Origin: Gammaproteobacteria bacterium
GTDB lineage: Bacteria > Pseudomonadota > Gammaproteobacteria > JABABF01
NCBI GenBank assembly: GCA_965215045.1
Contig: OZ244031.1
Span: forward strand, 1,660,502 to 1,724,501
Direction: 5' to 3'
Length of the DNA stretch: 64,000 nucleotides
The position numbers and the translations under genes were made by a program. Below the pieces are notes generated by a model that searched no databases, was not told the origin of the DNA, and saw only the letters and a list, made by a program, of their open reading frames with translations. Positions within the stretch are counted from its first letter, which is position 1. Each line of letters begins with the position of its first letter. Positions 60,608 to 64,000 of this stretch are shown here, piece by piece.

Positions 60608-61642
60608 ATGCGCGTACTCGGCATCGAAACCTCCTGCGATGAAACCGGCGTGGCACTCTATGACAGCGAGCGCGGCATCCTGGCCCAGCAACTGCACTCC
60701 CAGGCCGCCCTGCACGGGGAGTACGGCGGGGTGGTGCCGGAGTTGGCCTCGCGCGACCATGTGCGCCGCACCCTGCCCCTGCTGATGCGGGTGCTGGAGG
60801 AGGCCGGCTCAGAGCGGGACTCGGTGGACGCCATCGCCTACACCGCCGGGCCGGGCCTGGTCGGTGCCCTGCTGGTCGGTGCCTGCCTGGGACGTGCCCT
60901 AGCCTGGGCCTGGGATGTTCCCGCGGTCGGCGTGCACCACATGGAGGCCCACCTGCTGGCGGTGATGCTGGAGGAACCGGCACCGGAGTTTCCTTTTCTC
61001 GCCCTGTTGGTCTCCGGGGGGCACACCCTGCTGGTGCAGGCCGATGCGCCCGGGGCCTACCGGGTGCTGGGCCAGAGCCTGGACGATGCCGCCGGCGAGG
61101 CCTTCGACAAGACGGCGCGGCTGTTGCAACTGGGCTATCCCGGCGGCCCGCAGCTGGCACAACTGGCTGCCACCGGCGATGCAGAGCGTTTTGCCCTGCC
61201 GCGTCCCATGCTGCATTCGGCTTCCCTGGATTTCAGTTTCAGCGGTCTCAAGACCGGGGTGGCGCGGCTGGTCGCCCGGCAATCCGAACAGGGGGAATGG
61301 ACGGAACAACTGCGTGCGGATATTGCCGCTTCCTTCCAGGAGGCGGTGGCGGAGACCCTGAGCCGCAAGTGTTGCCGGGCCCTGGAACAGACCGGCATCG
61401 GCACGCTGGTGGTGGCGGGTGGCGTCGGTGCCAATGCGCGCCTGCGCCAGCGGCTGGCCGAAGAGCTGCCCCGTTGCGGGGGGCGGGTGTTTTATCCGCG
61501 CCCGGAATTCTGCACCGACAATGGCGCCATGATCGCCTGCGCCGGTTTTTATTACCTGCGGGACGGGCGTGTCACGGAGGATGGCGGGGCGGTGTATCCG
61601 CGCTGGCCCCTGCCGGAGACGCCCACTCCAATGAGCCTCTGA
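60608..61642 (+). CDS. tsaD: tRNA N6-adenosine threonylcarbamoyltransferase
   Basis: [15 protein letters not shown]-x-ASR-x-H, HHMEAH, SGGHT and DNGAMI. Confidence 0.97.
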   Translation: MRVLGIETSCDETGVALYDSERGILAQQLHSQAALHGEYGGVVPELASRDHVRRTLPLLMRVLEEAGSERDSVDAIAYTAGPGLVGALLVGACLGRALAWAWDVPAVGVHHMEAHLLAVMLEEPAPEFPFLALLVSGGHTLLVQADAPGAYRVLGQSLDDAAGEAFDKTARLLQLGYPGGPQLAQLAATGDAERFALPRPMLHSASLDFSFSGLKTGVARLVARQSEQGEWTEQLRADIAASFQEAVAETLSRKCCRALEQTGIGTLVVAGGVGANARLRQRLAEELPRCGGRVFYPRPEFCTDNGAMIACAGFYYLRDGRVTEDGGAVYPRWPLPETPTPMSL

Positions 61643-61667
61643 TACTCTGCCCGAGAGCGGGGCTGCT

Positions 61668-61844
61668 ATGTTTGAAATTACAGTTTTTATAGTTTTGCTT
61701 TGGCTTTTGGGTGCTTTTCTCGCGCGTGCCATAGTGCCGCTGCTTAGCATTATTTTGTTTCCCTTTTTTCTGCTGGGATACGGGATTTGGAAATTTCTGT
61801 TCTGGGCCTGGCGGAGTAAAGACGCGCACCGGGTGCCGAGATGA
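61668..61844 (+). CDS. Putative 58-aa hydrophobic membrane protein (absent from the ORF track)
   Basis: MFEITVFIVLLWLLGAFLARAIVPLLSIILFPFFLLGYGIWKFLFWAWRSKDAHRVPR. Fills the gap and its TGA overlaps the folB ATG. Confidence 0.55.
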   Translation: MFEITVFIVLLWLLGAFLARAIVPLLSIILFPFFLLGYGIWKFLFWAWRSKDAHRVPR

Positions 61845-62212
61845 GTGATTCCACGGACAAGATTTATATTCGCGAACTGCAGCTGGAGACCATCGTCGGC
61901 ATTCACGACTGGGAGCAGGAGGTGCGCCAGGCATTGAGCCTGGACCTGGAGATGAGTGCCGATGTGCGCCGGGCGGCCCGTTTCGATGATATCGAGCACA
62001 CCCTGGATTACAAGCGGGTGGCGAAGAGAATTATCCAGGTGGTGGAGGGCGAGCGTTTTCAACTGGTGGAATCGGTGGCGGAAAGGGTGGCGCAACTGGT
62101 GCTGGAGGAGTTCTCGGTCCGCCGCCTGCGCCTGCGCCTGGGCAAGCCCGGTGCATTGCGCGGTGCGCGGGATGTGGGCGTACTGATTGAGCGGGAAGCA
62201 CCGGCGGAATGA
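61841..62212 (+). CDS. folB: Dihydroneopterin aldolase
   Basis: D-x-I-x-I-x-x-L...G-x-x-DWE...Q, LDY and F-x-LVE. Confidence 0.95.
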   Translation: MSDSTDKIYIRELQLETIVGIHDWEQEVRQALSLDLEMSADVRRAARFDDIEHTLDYKRVAKRIIQVVEGERFQLVESVAERVAQLVLEEFSVRRLRLRLGKPGALRGARDVGVLIEREAPAE

Positions 62213-62757
62213 ACCGCGTCTATGTAGGCATTGGCAGCAATATCGACCGGCAGCGATGGATCCGCCGGGGCCTGGACGCCCTGGCCCGGAATTTCGGCAT
62301 CTTGGACCTGTCGCCGGTGTACGAGAGTGAAGCGGTGGGCTTTGCCGGCGACTCCTTCTACAACCTGGTCGTCGGTTTTGACACGGAATTGCCGCTGGCG
62401 GAACTGGTGGAAATCCTGCAGCGCATCGAACAGGATTGCGAACGCACGCGCGACAGCACCGCGCGTTTCTCCTCGCGCACCATGGACCTGGATATCCTGT
62501 GCTACGGCAATCTGTGCGGGCGCATCGCGGGTCTGCAACTGCCGCGCCCGGAAATTCTGCAACACGATTTCGTGCTGCGTCCGCTGGCGGACCTGGCCCC
62601 CGCGGAGATACATCCGCACGAGGGGCGCACGTGGGCGGAACTCTGGGCGGAACGTCAGACCGCCGCCGACTTTGTGCACAGCGGTTTGCAGCGCGTGGAA
62701 TTCAACTACCGCCCGCCAGCGAACGGCCACCATCCACCGGCAGCACCTGCCCGGTGA
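62209..62757 (+). CDS. folK: HPPK (hydroxymethyldihydropteridine pyrophosphokinase)
   Basis: GIGSNI, FYN and RT-x-DLDIL. Confidence 0.93.
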   Translation: MNRVYVGIGSNIDRQRWIRRGLDALARNFGILDLSPVYESEAVGFAGDSFYNLVVGFDTELPLAELVEILQRIEQDCERTRDSTARFSSRTMDLDILCYGNLCGRIAGLQLPRPEILQHDFVLRPLADLAPAEIHPHEGRTWAELWAERQTAADFVHSGLQRVEFNYRPPANGHHPPAAPAR

Positions 62758-63445
62758 TGTAACTGCCGCTGCGGGCCAGGAAGCATACCGCCGCTGCGAT
62801 CTCCTCCACCGTGCCCAGGCGGCCCAGGGGAACGCCGGCGATGATTTTCTCCCGCAAGCCGGCATCTTCTTCCGCACCCGCAGGCAGCAGGATCGCCCCC
62901 GGTGCCACACCGTTGACCCGCACTTCGGGGGCGAGGCGGGCGGCCAGGGCGCGGGTCAGCACGGCCAGTCCGCCCTTGGCGGCTGAATAGGCACTGTAAT
63001 GACAGAGCGTGCTGTGCGGTAGCACATCGAGCAGGTTGATGATGCAGCCGCCCCGCTGGCGCAGCAGGGGTGCGGCCTGGTAGCACAGGAACAGCGGTGC
63101 CCGCAGGTGGATGTCCGCCAGTTCCTGCCAGCTCGCCTCATCGGGGCCTTCCGGCGGGTCGGGCCGGAAGCGGGAGGCGTTGTTGACCAGGGCGTCCAGG
63201 CCGCCCAGGGCCCGGGCGCATTGCTGCACCAGTTCCCGGGCCGATTCCTGACCCCGGAGTTCGGCCGCCAGGCAATGAACAGAAGCCGCGCGCACGGCAT
63301 TCAGTTCTTCGGCCAGTGCCCGCGCCTCCTCAGCGGAGTGGTGATGATGCAGGGCGATGGCAAAACCCTCGGCGTGCAGGGCGCGCACGATGGCCGCCCC
63401 GATGCGCCGGGCACCGCCGGTCACCAGGGCAACGGGGGGTTTCAT
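62702..63445 (-). CDS. folM: Pteridine reductase (FolM/PTR1-like SDR)
   Basis: TGGARRIG, VNNAS-x-F and YSAAK; next to folBK. Confidence 0.8.
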   Translation of the reverse strand: MKPPVALVTGGARRIGAAIVRALHAEGFAIALHHHHSAEEARALAEELNAVRAASVHCLAAELRGQESARELVQQCARALGGLDALVNNASRFRPDPPEGPDEASWQELADIHLRAPLFLCYQAAPLLRQRGGCIINLLDVLPHSTLCHYSAYSAAKGGLAVLTRALAARLAPEVRVNGVAPGAILLPAGAEEDAGLREKIIAGVPLGRLGTVEEIAAAVCFLARSGSYITGQVLPVDGGRSLAGGS

Positions 63446-64000
63446 GTCCGCAGGGCGGCGATGGCGGCGATGCGCCGGCGCCGCAGCTCCGGGGCGAATT
63501 CCCCGTCGGCATAGCCTTCGTCCTGCAGCGTCTTGCCGCGAATCGCCCGCGCGGCGGCGGCACAGCGCTGCAGGTATTCGACCTGTGGGGTCTCCCGCTG
63601 TTCAAAACCGGTGCGCCCGCGCGAATCCGCTTCGCAGGCCAGCAGGAACTCTTCCAGCTGCGCCGGGCGCCGGAAGAAATCCAGGTTTTCCAGCAGGCGC
63701 AGGATGGTCGAAGGCCGCAGTTCGAAGGCGCGGTGGAACAGCAGGTGATGGCGGCACACCAGTTCGCCCAGTTGCCGGTAGCGGCGCGGTGCCTTGAGGC
63801 GTTTGCACAGTGCGCGGATCACCGGCAGCCCGCGCTGGTCGTGCCGTTTATGGCTGGGCCATTCCTGGCGCGGCGTGCGCGCCTTGCCCAGGTCGTGGAC
63901 CAGGGCGGCGAAACGCACGGCCGGGTCTTCGCAGAGCCGCGTGGCCTGCTCCAGCACCATCAGGGTGTGCACGCCGGTATCGACCTCGGGATGATGTTGC
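63442..64000 (-). CDS. cca: Multifunctional CCA-adding enzyme, C-terminal part (5'-partial)
   Basis: QHHPEVDTGVHTLMVL, ALVHDLGK (HD motif) and ADSRGR. Confidence 0.93.
   Translation of the reverse strand, partial: QHHPEVDTGVHTLMVLEQATRLCEDPAVRFAALVHDLGKARTPRQEWPSHKRHDQRGLPVIRALCKRLKAPRRYRQLGELVCRHHLLFHRAFELRPSTILRLLENLDFFRRPAQLEEFLLACEADSRGRTGFEQRETPQVEYLQRCAAAARAIRGKTLQDEGYADGEFAPELRRRRIAAIAALRT

Noticed and set aside
62702-62757. 56-bp convergent overlap of folK and folM
   Set aside because: Probably stop-codon drift in GC-rich DNA; the overlapping tails lie outside the conserved domains.

Overview
A high-GC gammaproteobacterial chromosome segment. The Pseudomonadales/Cellvibrionales-like affinity is inferred from gene order and a FabY-type synthase. 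It consists mostly of housekeeping genes: accBC, coaBC-prmC-moeB, radC-rpmB-rpmG, tRNA(Tyr,Gly,Thr)-tuf-tRNA(Trp)-secE-nusG-rplKAJL-rpoBC-rpsLG-fusA, guaBA, leuCDB-asd-(mini-fimV)-truA-trpFBA-accD-folC-dedD-cvpA-purF-metZ, lptD-surA-pdxA-rsmA-apaG-apaH, tsaD-folB-folK, folM and cca. I see no integrase, transposase, phage gene, rRNA or CRISPR array. The most notable signals are: (1) a GlxA/GATase-AraC regulator divergent from a FabY-like synthase, with two, possibly three, pairs of TGTCTT boxes spaced exactly 21 bp apart; (2) a perfect 294-bp tandem duplication bounded by a 9-bp microhomology that creates a chimeric dedD' ORF; (3) an unlisted 58-codon membrane ORF coupled to folB; (4) a two-domain GT25 glycosyltransferase inserted between coaBC and radC; (5) signs of compaction and shuffling, including no room for three ribosomal-protein autoregulatory leaders, no tuf/S10 operon after fusA, and FimV reduced to a LysM domain; (6) a Pho-box porin whose 3' UTR carries a duplicated C/U-rich motif. 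All calls come from reading the sequence; no database searches were run.
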